A stretch of 64,000 nt of DNA from contig DAHVMJ010000001.1 in the NCBI GenBank assembly GCA_027319905.1, positions 1-64,000 of the forward strand. Direction: 5' to 3'. This DNA comes from Candidatus Micrarchaeota archaeon. Its GTDB lineage: Archaea; Micrarchaeota; Micrarchaeia; Micrarchaeales; CABMGC01. Position numbers and translations under genes: made by a program. The notes beneath the pieces were generated by a model, which worked only from the letters and a program-made list of their open reading frames with translations, had not been told where the DNA came from and ran no database searches. Numbering within the stretch: the stretch's first letter is position 1; the number at the start of each line of letters is the position of its first letter. Below are positions 19,699-27,149 of the stretch, piece after piece.

Positions 19699-20247
19699 TT
19701 AAAATGCTTTGCTCTGCGACGCCAACCTGACTATCTGCCTCACTTCCTTTGTGAGTTGCGGTATCGTACTCGTGCCGGAAATGACGTAGTCTGCGCTCTC
19801 TATCGCGCCCCATAAGCCGAAGCGTTCCTCTTTCTTGTCTCTTTTCACGAAGTCGGCGTAGGTCTTCTGCGCGTCGGCCCTGCCCCTTTTCCTCATCCTC
19901 TGGAACCTCAGCCTGCTCGGTGCAATAATCGCAATTGCTACGGTCTTGCCTTTCTTCCTTATGTAGTCGAGTTCGGGTTTGCTTCTGACTCCTATTATTG
20001 CTATGTTTCTGCCTCTGCTTAGATCAACTTCGCTTGCCAGTTTTCTTACAGTTACCAGTCTTCCGTGGCTCTTCCGCAGCCAGATTGTAAACTTCCTGTC
20101 GGACTCGGGGGTTAGCGCTATCTCTTTGTCTCGCATCATCCTCCTGACTATGTCGCCGAGCTCGTAGATTTTGAATCCCATGTGAGACAGCACCTTGCCT
20201 ACGCTGCTCTTCCCGGCGGCGGGCGTCCCTGTCACGCAGACTATCAT
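19699..20247 (-). CDS. P-loop nucleotide kinase (UPF0200 / dephospho-CoA-kinase-like)
   Basis: VTGTPAAGKS, LGDIVR, GVRS..E, RF.RM..RGR.D, RD..E. Confidence 0.82.
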   Translation of the reverse strand: MIVCVTGTPAAGKSSVGKVLSHMGFKIYELGDIVRRMMRDKEIALTPESDRKFTIWLRKSHGRLVTVRKLASEVDLSRGRNIAIIGVRSKPELDYIRKKGKTVAIAIIAPSRLRFQRMRKRGRADAQKTYADFVKRDKKEERFGLWGAIESADYVISGTSTIPQLTKEVRQIVRLASQSKAF

Positions 20248-20248
20248 G

Positions 20249-20578
20249 CTAATGCACTCTGCTGCCCTGCTCTATGTCCCTGTCAGGCACAAGCAAAGAC
20301 AAGGATACGCCGCTCTCTGCAGCGAGTATCATCCCGTTTGAGATTACTCCTGCAACGCTTTTTGGTTCGAGGTTGACCACGCACGCTATCTTTTTGCCTT
20401 CAATCTCCTCCTTCGCATACCTGTCCCTTATGCCAGCGACAATCGTACGTTCCCCGATTTCGCTGCCGAAGTCTATGCGCAGTATGTACATTGGATTCCT
20501 TGCCTTGTCGTGCACGCTTGCCTCGATCACCTTGCCCACCCGTATGTCTATGTTCTTGAACTCGTCTATCGAAACCAT
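20249..20578 (-). CDS. Stand-alone tRNA-binding OB domain (Trbp111/CsaA/MetRS C-terminal)
   Basis: DIRVGKV, RTIVAGI, VVNLEP...GVISNGMILAA. Confidence 0.92.
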   Translation of the reverse strand: MVSIDEFKNIDIRVGKVIEASVHDKARNPMYILRIDFGSEIGERTIVAGIRDRYAKEEIEGKKIACVVNLEPKSVAGVISNGMILAAESGVSLSLLVPDRDIEQGSRVH

Positions 20579-20620
20579 ATAATCAAAAAATGTTCTTTGC
20601 TTAAGCTTATTAGTCTTAAG

Positions 20621-20719
20621 ATGCGGGCAACAAAGCTCAGGAGCGCGATGGAGTACCTCATGACCTACGGTTGGCGATACGCCACTATGACTAACCTGAC
20701 CCAGGACGAAATGTTGTGA
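20621..20719 (+). pseudogene. Truncated pilin-family N-terminal stub containing repeat copy B (20644..20674)
   Basis: MRATKLRSAMEYLMTYGWRYATMTNLTQDEML*; similarity to the LamG gene stops right after YGW and the hydrophobic helix is missing. Confidence 0.75.
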
Positions 20720-21267
20720 TGTATATGCGCGCGTTTATTGCGATCGATATCCCTGAAGAGCTAAAGCGGAAAGCGGAGTTGCTGGAGAACGGTTTTAGAA
20801 TGGAAGGCATAGCCCTAGTGCACAAGGACTCGATGCACATAACACTTCAGTTCCTCGGCGAGATTGACGCTGCACAGGCAGAGAAAGTGATCGCGGCCAT
20901 AAAGAGCTGCGCTACCAAACCATTCAGACTCACGCTTTCCGAAGTGTCTTATTTCACCCCCAGGCTCATACGCGTGATATTTGCAGACATTACAGAGGGA
21001 AGGGATGCGTTGCAGCGGCTCTACTCTAAGCTGGACTCCGCGCTTACTGCACGGAGCATCGTGTTCGAGAAAGAGCACGGCTATGCCCCCCACCTTACTC
21101 TGGCGAGAGTCAGGCGAGTAAAGGATATGCGCGCGCTGCGCCAGGCTCTTGAACTGAATGCAAAGGCTGAGCTCGGCTCGTTTGAAGTCAGATCGATAGT
21201 GCTGAAAGAAAGCGTTCTTACCCCAGAAGGCCATACCTACAGAGACCTATACGTGCTTGCGCTCTAG
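20716..21267 (+). CDS. thpR: RNA 2',3'-cyclic phosphodiesterase (2H family)
   Basis: MRAFIAID, HITLQFLGE, PHLTLARV. Confidence 0.95.
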   Translation: MMYMRAFIAIDIPEELKRKAELLENGFRMEGIALVHKDSMHITLQFLGEIDAAQAEKVIAAIKSCATKPFRLTLSEVSYFTPRLIRVIFADITEGRDALQRLYSKLDSALTARSIVFEKEHGYAPHLTLARVRRVKDMRALRQALELNAKAELGSFEVRSIVLKESVLTPEGHTYRDLYVLAL

Positions 21268-21558
21268 CGCTGCGGTTTTTGGAAGCGCCTTCTGGGCCTC
21301 GTTGGCTCTCTTTACAAGCTTGAGACCTGCAGCCATTGCAATTATGTCGATGCCCAGAAGTGCGCCATCGACAAGAGGTTTCTGCGCCGTGGGCTGACGG
21401 AGCAGCGCGCTAATAAGGTCAAACGCAGGTCTCAACGCAGCGACGGCGGCGGCAGAACCTATCAGCAGACCGCCCGTTACCTCAAGCGGGCCCGACTCCT
21501 TGTTCAGTTCTGTTCTGACCCTTGCCACTGCTTTTCTGAATGACACAGTAATACACAT
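21247..21558 (-). CDS. Hypothetical small membrane protein
   Basis: 103-aa ORF with two hydrophobic segments. Confidence 0.55.
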   Translation of the reverse strand: MCITVSFRKAVARVRTELNKESGPLEVTGGLLIGSAAAVAALRPAFDLISALLRQPTAQKPLVDGALLGIDIIAMAAGLKLVKRANEAQKALPKTAALERKHV

Positions 21559-21591
21559 TTCCCTTTGGTTTCGGCAGCCTTAATACAGTTT

Positions 21592-22182
21592 CTAGGCGAA
21601 CTTGAGTTCAGCCTTCATCTTGTTGTATTCGTCTGCGCTCTGCGTAGTCGCAAGCTCGTGAGGCCTGTAGATGCGGTTGAGCAGAAGGAGATTGAAAACC
21701 ATTCCTAATTTGGTGTCGAAAACGAGGTGGCGCGTCTCTCCCCCAAAGACATCGAGCTCCACCAGGGCAGGCTTCGCACTCGCGTACAGCCTCTCGGCGC
21801 TGCTCAATAGTTCTGTGTCCCTGTCCTGCAGTCCTATGACACGCATCTCCAGATTTGGTTTCTTGAGGGCTCTCAGGTTGGTCGTCACTTTCTTGAGAGC
21901 ACCGTCGCTCAGTTTCTGAGAGAATCTCAGTACTGTTGACTGGGTGGTGTTCACGTCGTATATGGAGACGAAAAGGTCGTGGGTGAGGCTCTTGCTCATT
22001 ACGAAACGCCCTTCTTCACTATACTTTCTGAACGTGCCCTGGTTCATTCCGAGCAGCACGCCGTGGTGTTCAACATGAGAGAGCGAGAGATGTATCCTGT
22101 CCCTTGATCTAATGTACAGCTGCACGTTTCCGAATTCGGGCTTTGCCTTTTCCTCCTCGTAAACACTCCAGAAGTTCATCAA
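21592..22182 (-). CDS. Hypothetical protein
   Basis: 196-aa ORF, divergent from rpoD. Confidence 0.7.
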   Translation of the reverse strand: MMNFWSVYEEEKAKPEFGNVQLYIRSRDRIHLSLSHVEHHGVLLGMNQGTFRKYSEEGRFVMSKSLTHDLFVSIYDVNTTQSTVLRFSQKLSDGALKKVTTNLRALKKPNLEMRVIGLQDRDTELLSSAERLYASAKPALVELDVFGGETRHLVFDTKLGMVFNLLLLNRIYRPHELATTQSADEYNKMKAELKFA

Positions 22183-22260
22183 TATCTCTCGCGGCGCTAT
22201 CTTTAAATATTCTCAGCTCAGATATAAATAAGGCTTTTGCCTAATCCTTGGATTGATCAT

Positions 22261-22830
22261 ATGAAGGTTAGCGTAGTCGAGAATTCGCCAAAGGTTATGC
22301 GCGTAGACATAAGCGGAATAGGCTATGGCGTAGCCAATGCGATACGCAGAGCCGCAATCGGGGGAGTCGGCTGCTTCTCCATAGATACGGTGACGTTTTA
22401 CGAGAACAGCAGTGCGCTCTTCGATGAGTACCTGGCGCACAGGATAGGCCTCGTGCCGATAATAACGCCGAAGGATTATGACGAGAAGGACGAGGTGGTG
22501 TTCTCGCTGGAGGCTGAGGGACCCGCCACCGTATACTCGAAGGAACTGAAGAGCAGCGACAAGAACGTCAAGGTGGCCAACGGTGACATACCCCTAATCA
22601 AGCTCGCCGAGGGCCAGAGGTTGAGGGTGGACGGCAAGGCTGTGGTGGGCACGGGGCGCAGAAGCGCCAAGTTCCAGCCGGGCATAGTGAGCTACAAGGC
22701 TAAAAGCGACAAGGAGTTCGAGTTCTATTTTGAGTCTTTCGGACAGATGCCCGCCAACGAGATAGTCAGGCGTGCATTAGATATAATAAGTTCTGGATTG
22801 AGAGATATACACAAGGAACTGAAGAAATAG
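22261..22830 (+). CDS. rpoD: RNA polymerase subunit D (Rpo3), short form
   Basis: ANAIRRA, NSSALFDEYLAHRIGLVP, FESFGQM. Confidence 0.96.
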   Translation: MKVSVVENSPKVMRVDISGIGYGVANAIRRAAIGGVGCFSIDTVTFYENSSALFDEYLAHRIGLVPIITPKDYDEKDEVVFSLEAEGPATVYSKELKSSDKNVKVANGDIPLIKLAEGQRLRVDGKAVVGTGRRSAKFQPGIVSYKAKSDKEFEFYFESFGQMPANEIVRRALDIISSGLRDIHKELKK

Positions 22831-22833
22831 CGC

Positions 22834-22919
22834 GCGGGGGTGGCAGAGCTTGGTCAAATGCGCAGGATTGAGGTTCCTGTAGCCTAGTGCTTGCGCGAGT
22901 TCAAATCTCGTCCCCCGCA
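22834..22919 (+). tRNA. tRNA-Leu(GAG)
   Basis: GCGGGGG/CCCCCGC acceptor, CAGGA-TTGAGGT-TCCTG, long variable arm. Confidence 0.95.
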
Positions 22920-22980
22920 GACCTCAGATTTGTGCAGGTATATACCCAATTTTTAAATAGAAGAAAACCGAGGTTAGGGC

Positions 22981-24198
22981 ATGGAGTACCTGAAGCACCT
23001 CAGGAACCACACGCTTGTAAATCTAGATGCACAGCTCAAAGGCCCCACGCTTGTCAGGACTGACATAAACCTGCCCGTGGTGGAAGGCCACGTCGCCTCA
23101 GACGCTTTGAGGCTGCGCGTGTACTCGCACATGCTCGAACTGTACGCGGAGCGCAGCGGCCTCGTGGTTATGGCTCACCAAGGAAGGAAAGGCGATGATG
23201 ATTTCCTGCCGCTGAAGGAACACGCCAGCCTTCTTGGGTCGTTGGTGCGCGAAGCGACAATTGAGTTCATACCGCACGACGCCATCTTTAGCGACGAGAC
23301 GAAGCGCAGGATAGCGGGAGTGAAGAGGGGGGAGATTATCCTGCTGGACAACGTGAGGTATTTTGATTTTGAGAAGAAGTTTGAGCTAGACTCGTGTCCT
23401 TACCAAAGCCTGTTTGAGGGATCGATCGCCACATGCGTAAACGATGCGATGCCGGCGTGGCACAGGGCAGACTCGAGCATGATGGTTCTTCCGCATATCG
23501 CGACCACCTTCGTCGGCCTCAGGTCTGCTTACGAGCTTGAGATCGTTGAAGGCATAATGGGAAACGGGCAGAACAAGGCGCTCATATCGGGAGGCAAAAA
23601 ACTGCAGAAGGTCACAGACCTGCAGCGGATATTCGCTTCGGGGGTGGACGGCTTCACCGGAGGGCTCGTAGGGCAGCTGATTGCTAGGGTCAGGGGACAC
23701 GATCTTGGGAAAGCGAACAATGACTTCATAGAAGCGAAGTTCGATGAGAAGGAGCTCGAAGACGCCAGATTGATAGCGTCTCTTCAGAACGTGGAGCACC
23801 CGTGCGACTTTACTGTGCTTGAGAACGGGGAGAAGAGGAATGTTGAGCTGAAGGACTTGCGAGCATGCGATGGTCAGATAGTTGACATAGGAGAAGGAAC
23901 GGTGGAGCGGTGGGCCAGAAGGCTCGAGGCAAAGGAGATAAGGATAAGGGCTGGCCCTCTGGGTGTGTACGAGAAAGGATACGTGAACGGGGTTGAGCTT
24001 ACCAAGAGGATAGCAGGAAGCGGCCTTGTTTTCCTCGGCGGAGACACGTCGCAGGAGGTGGTTGAGAGCGGGCTGGAGAGCCACATAATAGATGCTGGCG
24101 GCAAGCTGCTCGTCAGCGGAGGCGCGGCTCTGCACAGGCTCGCGGGAGGCGGTTACCCGCCCCTGGACGAGATGCTCGTGCTGCAGAGGAAGGCATAG
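22981..24198 (+). CDS. pgk: Phosphoglycerate kinase (divergent)
   Basis: VRTDINLP, AHQGRKG, LLDNVRY, VNDA...HR..S, GPLGVYE, GGDTS, SGGA. Confidence 0.9.
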   Translation: MEYLKHLRNHTLVNLDAQLKGPTLVRTDINLPVVEGHVASDALRLRVYSHMLELYAERSGLVVMAHQGRKGDDDFLPLKEHASLLGSLVREATIEFIPHDAIFSDETKRRIAGVKRGEIILLDNVRYFDFEKKFELDSCPYQSLFEGSIATCVNDAMPAWHRADSSMMVLPHIATTFVGLRSAYELEIVEGIMGNGQNKALISGGKKLQKVTDLQRIFASGVDGFTGGLVGQLIARVRGHDLGKANNDFIEAKFDEKELEDARLIASLQNVEHPCDFTVLENGEKRNVELKDLRACDGQIVDIGEGTVERWARRLEAKEIRIRAGPLGVYEKGYVNGVELTKRIAGSGLVFLGGDTSQEVVESGLESHIIDAGGKLLVSGGAALHRLAGGGYPPLDEMLVLQRKA

Positions 24199-24254
24199 GT
24201 TTTAAATAATGTAAAAGCAATCTATTATACGCTTGTTTTGAGGCATGAATTCCG

Positions 24255-24692
24255 ATGGCTGAGAAGGAATACGTGATCGACTGCGATGAGCAGATTCTCG
24301 GAAGGCTAGCGAGCCGCACGGCCAAGCTGCTGCTTCAGGGAGCCAGGGTGACGCTGGTCAACGCCGAAAGGGCGGCGATAAGCGGACACGAGAGCAACAT
24401 AGTGGCGAACTACAAGCAGAGGCTTGAGTTCAAGGACAAAGCCAATCCCGAACACTCACCCTACTGGTCGAGACGCCCGGACTTCTTCGTCAAGAGGATA
24501 GTCAGGGGCATGCTGCCATGGAAGAAGCCCAGGGGAAGGGATGCATTCAAGAGACTGCGCGTGTACATAGGCGTGCCTGCAGAGATCGGCAAGGAGAAGG
24601 CCACGAAGGAACAGACGAAACGCAGGAGCGAAACATACGAGAGCTCGATGACCGTAGGCGAACTGTCTGAGAGGCTTGGGTACAAGATGTGA
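24255..24692 (+). CDS. rpl13: 50S ribosomal protein L13
   Basis: ILGRLAS..AK.LL.G, VNAE, RIVRGMLP. Confidence 0.97.
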   Translation: MAEKEYVIDCDEQILGRLASRTAKLLLQGARVTLVNAERAAISGHESNIVANYKQRLEFKDKANPEHSPYWSRRPDFFVKRIVRGMLPWKKPRGRDAFKRLRVYIGVPAEIGKEKATKEQTKRRSETYESSMTVGELSERLGYKM

Positions 24693-24696
24693 AACG

Positions 24697-25230
24697 ATGG
24701 CTAACGAGGGAAATGTTGACAACCTTAACAAGGAACTTGCCGGAGTGATCCAGCAGGCCGAAGCGCAGCAGAAGCAGGCAGTAAAGAAAACTGTTGTGCG
24801 CAGGAGGGCGCCGTCAAAGAAGAACAAGCCTGTGCTCGAGAAGGCGAGGAGGAAGATGGCGACCGCAAGAGCCAGCCTCGCTCCAGGAATACCCAGAATA
24901 ACGCTCAACGGCTTTGACATCCTTACAGTCAAACCAGCCGAACTGCGGGATATGATACTGGAACCAGTGAACATAAGCAGTCTGACCAAGGAGATAGCTG
25001 GAAAGTCAAGCATAAGCATAAACGCCTACGGTGGCGGGTCGAGCGGCCAGGCGCAGGCCGCAAGGAGCGCGCTCGCAAAGGTGATTGCGCAGGCTGCAAG
25101 CAGCGATGTTATAAAGAAAATGTACATGGATTACGATAGAACCCTGCTCGTGGACGATGTCAGACAGGTGGAGCCGAAGAAGTACAAGGGGCCCAAGGCA
25201 AGGGCAAGGTTCCAGAAGAGCTACAGATAG
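24697..25230 (+). CDS. rps9: 30S ribosomal protein S9 with N-terminal extension
   Basis: RKMATARA, GGGSSGQAQA, YDRTLLV.D.R, ARARFQKSYR. Confidence 0.97.
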   Translation: MANEGNVDNLNKELAGVIQQAEAQQKQAVKKTVVRRRAPSKKNKPVLEKARRKMATARASLAPGIPRITLNGFDILTVKPAELRDMILEPVNISSLTKEIAGKSSISINAYGGGSSGQAQAARSALAKVIAQAASSDVIKKMYMDYDRTLLVDDVRQVEPKKYKGPKARARFQKSYR

Positions 25231-25242
25231 TTTGGTGATGCT

Positions 25243-25443
25243 ATGATGGTACCAGTAAGATGTTTCTCGTGCGGGCAGGTCGTTGCTGACAAGTGGGAAG
25301 AGTTCGACAAGCGGGTGAACAAGAACGGCGAAGATGCAGGCAAGGTGCTCGACGACCTAGGTGTCAAGCGCTATTGCTGCAGGCGCATGCTGATAAGCCA
25401 CGTGGACCTGATTGACGAGATAATAAACTACGGCAGGAAGTGA
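25243..25443 (+). CDS. rpoN: RNA polymerase subunit N (Rpo10)
   Basis: [19 protein letters not shown]. Confidence 0.98.
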   Translation: MMVPVRCFSCGQVVADKWEEFDKRVNKNGEDAGKVLDDLGVKRYCCRRMLISHVDLIDEIINYGRK

Positions 25444-25444
25444 A

Positions 25445-25690
25445 ATGGCTCTGAAACTGACTAAGGAAATGGAAGCCGAAGCAAGGGCGATGTACGAAAA
25501 ACTTGCGAGTGCGCCAAACAGGACGCCTAAAAACAAGGCGCCCCCTTCAGGATACGTATGGGTAAGGACAATACCGGGAGGCGCGGCGCACCTTGAGAAG
25601 GAGAGCGACGTTCTTGAGCGCAGAAAGGAGCAAGAGGCAGACCTCAGACGCATAAAGAGAGCTGGAGGAAAGGTCCGCATAATCCTATAA
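25445..25690 (+). CDS. Hypothetical small basic protein
   Basis: 81-aa ORF starting 1 nt after rpoN stop. Confidence 0.6.
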   Translation: MALKLTKEMEAEARAMYEKLASAPNRTPKNKAPPSGYVWVRTIPGGAAHLEKESDVLERRKEQEADLRRIKRAGGKVRIIL

Positions 25691-25761
25691 AGGATAAAAT
25701 TGAGAATGTTGAAACACTAATGAATCAGATATAAAAACATCGTGCGCGATAGACTAGCTGC

Positions 25762-25856
25762 GGGGTCGTCGGCTAGCTTGGTTAGGCTTTGTGCCTAGGG
25801 CGCACAAGACCCGCGTTCAAATGGCAGACATCTGCCTGGAAATCGCGGCGACCCCG
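25762..25856 (+). tRNA. tRNA-Pro(AGG) with 21-nt non-canonical T-loop intron (~25823..25843)
   Basis: GGGGTCG/CGACCCC acceptor; TGTGC-CTAGGGC-GCACA anticodon arm; CCGCG-TTCAAAT[GGCAGACATCTGCCTGGAAAT]-CGCGG; conserved rpoN-tRNAPro-rps2 position. Confidence 0.88.
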
Positions 25857-25874
25857 TAAAAGAATGGTGCAAGA

Positions 25875-26489
25875 ATGAGCGATGAGATGCTTGTGGACCG
25901 GCAGGAGTACGTATACTCACACATACAGGCGGGAACGATGGTGCGAACGCCTGGCATGAGCAGGTTCATAGACAAGCGAAGGGGCGACGGCCTTTACCTT
26001 CTCAAAATGGAGGATACGGACAGGAGGATAAAGGCTGCGGCGAAGATGCTGGCCAGGTACGACCAGAAGGTCATTGCTGTGACAGCTTCGCGAATATACG
26101 CTATAACTCCAGCGAAGAAGTTCGCTGAGATAACTGGCGTGAGGCTCGTTGAAGGCAGGGTCATGCCTGGCATATTCACAAACCCGAACAGGAGCGATTT
26201 CTTTGAGCCAGATATCGTGCTCGTCAGCGACACCAGGAACGAGAGACAGGCGGTCAAGGAGGCGAGCAAGATAAACGCGCCGGTGGTTGCACTCTGCGAC
26301 ACGGACAACTGGATCAAGTTCGTAGACATGATCATACCTTGCAACAACAAGAGCCGCAGGTCGATAGCCCTTGTCTACTGGCTGCTTGCCAGGGAGTTCA
26401 TGAAGGAGAAGGGCCTGATAAAGAGCGACGACGAATTCAAGCACAGCGTTTCAGACTTCGAAGCCAAGATAGACATAAAGGTCAAGTAA
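25875..26489 (+). CDS. rps2: 30S ribosomal protein S2
   Basis: R.DGLY, GR.MPGIFTNP, ALCDTDN, IIPCNNK.RRSIALVYWLLAR. Confidence 0.97.
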   Translation: MSDEMLVDRQEYVYSHIQAGTMVRTPGMSRFIDKRRGDGLYLLKMEDTDRRIKAAAKMLARYDQKVIAVTASRIYAITPAKKFAEITGVRLVEGRVMPGIFTNPNRSDFFEPDIVLVSDTRNERQAVKEASKINAPVVALCDTDNWIKFVDMIIPCNNKSRRSIALVYWLLAREFMKEKGLIKSDDEFKHSVSDFEAKIDIKVK

Positions 26490-26621
26490 AGTTTCACAAA
26501 GAAACAACTGCGTTTTTCGAAAAGTTGGGGCTGAGAAGAGGGAATGGATGGAAACTGACGCGCGCTTGTAATGTGCGCCGCGTGTGAGTAAGTTAAATAA
26601 ACTGAATTCTGATACCTATTC

Positions 26622-27149
26622 ATGCTGCTTCTCAAGGCTCAGGCGGCCGTTGACTTCATGATGTCATACGGCATAGCGCTAATAATCATCTTCATAGCCA
26701 TAGCAGTGATCTATAAGGTCACCATACTCTCCCCCGCGTTGGCAGTCTCGTCGTGCACCGCTTCTCCGGGCTTCTCGTGCGAGGCCTTCGCGCTCAACAC
26801 CAGCGGCGTGCTCACTCTGCAGCTCTCGCAGGCTACGGGAGGGTCAATCACCATACATGGAGCCGCGTGCTCCTCACAGCCGAACGTTACCGGGAACAAG
26901 CCAGCGTACGGAAACATAGGGGTAACGCCAACAGCCGGCTACTATTTCGGAACAAACGCTCCTGGCTCCGGCATACCAGTTTACAGCGGTTCGGCCAACA
27001 CAATGGTTCTCTACTGCTACGGCGACAGCGGCGTGGCAACCGGCACGCTGGGTGACGGTTTCGATGGGTTCGTCTGGCTGAACTACACAGTTCCGAGCTA
27101 CGGCAATGTTATACAGCAGGTGGCTAGCCTCAACGTCAGATACACTTAG
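26622..27149 (+). CDS. Pilin-like protein with class III signal peptide
   Basis: KAQ/AAVDFMMSYGIALIII; C...GFSC; LSQATG..I; GFVWLNYT. Confidence 0.85.
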   Translation: MLLLKAQAAVDFMMSYGIALIIIFIAIAVIYKVTILSPALAVSSCTASPGFSCEAFALNTSGVLTLQLSQATGGSITIHGAACSSQPNVTGNKPAYGNIGVTPTAGYYFGTNAPGSGIPVYSGSANTMVLYCYGDSGVATGTLGDGFDGFVWLNYTVPSYGNVIQQVASLNVRYT

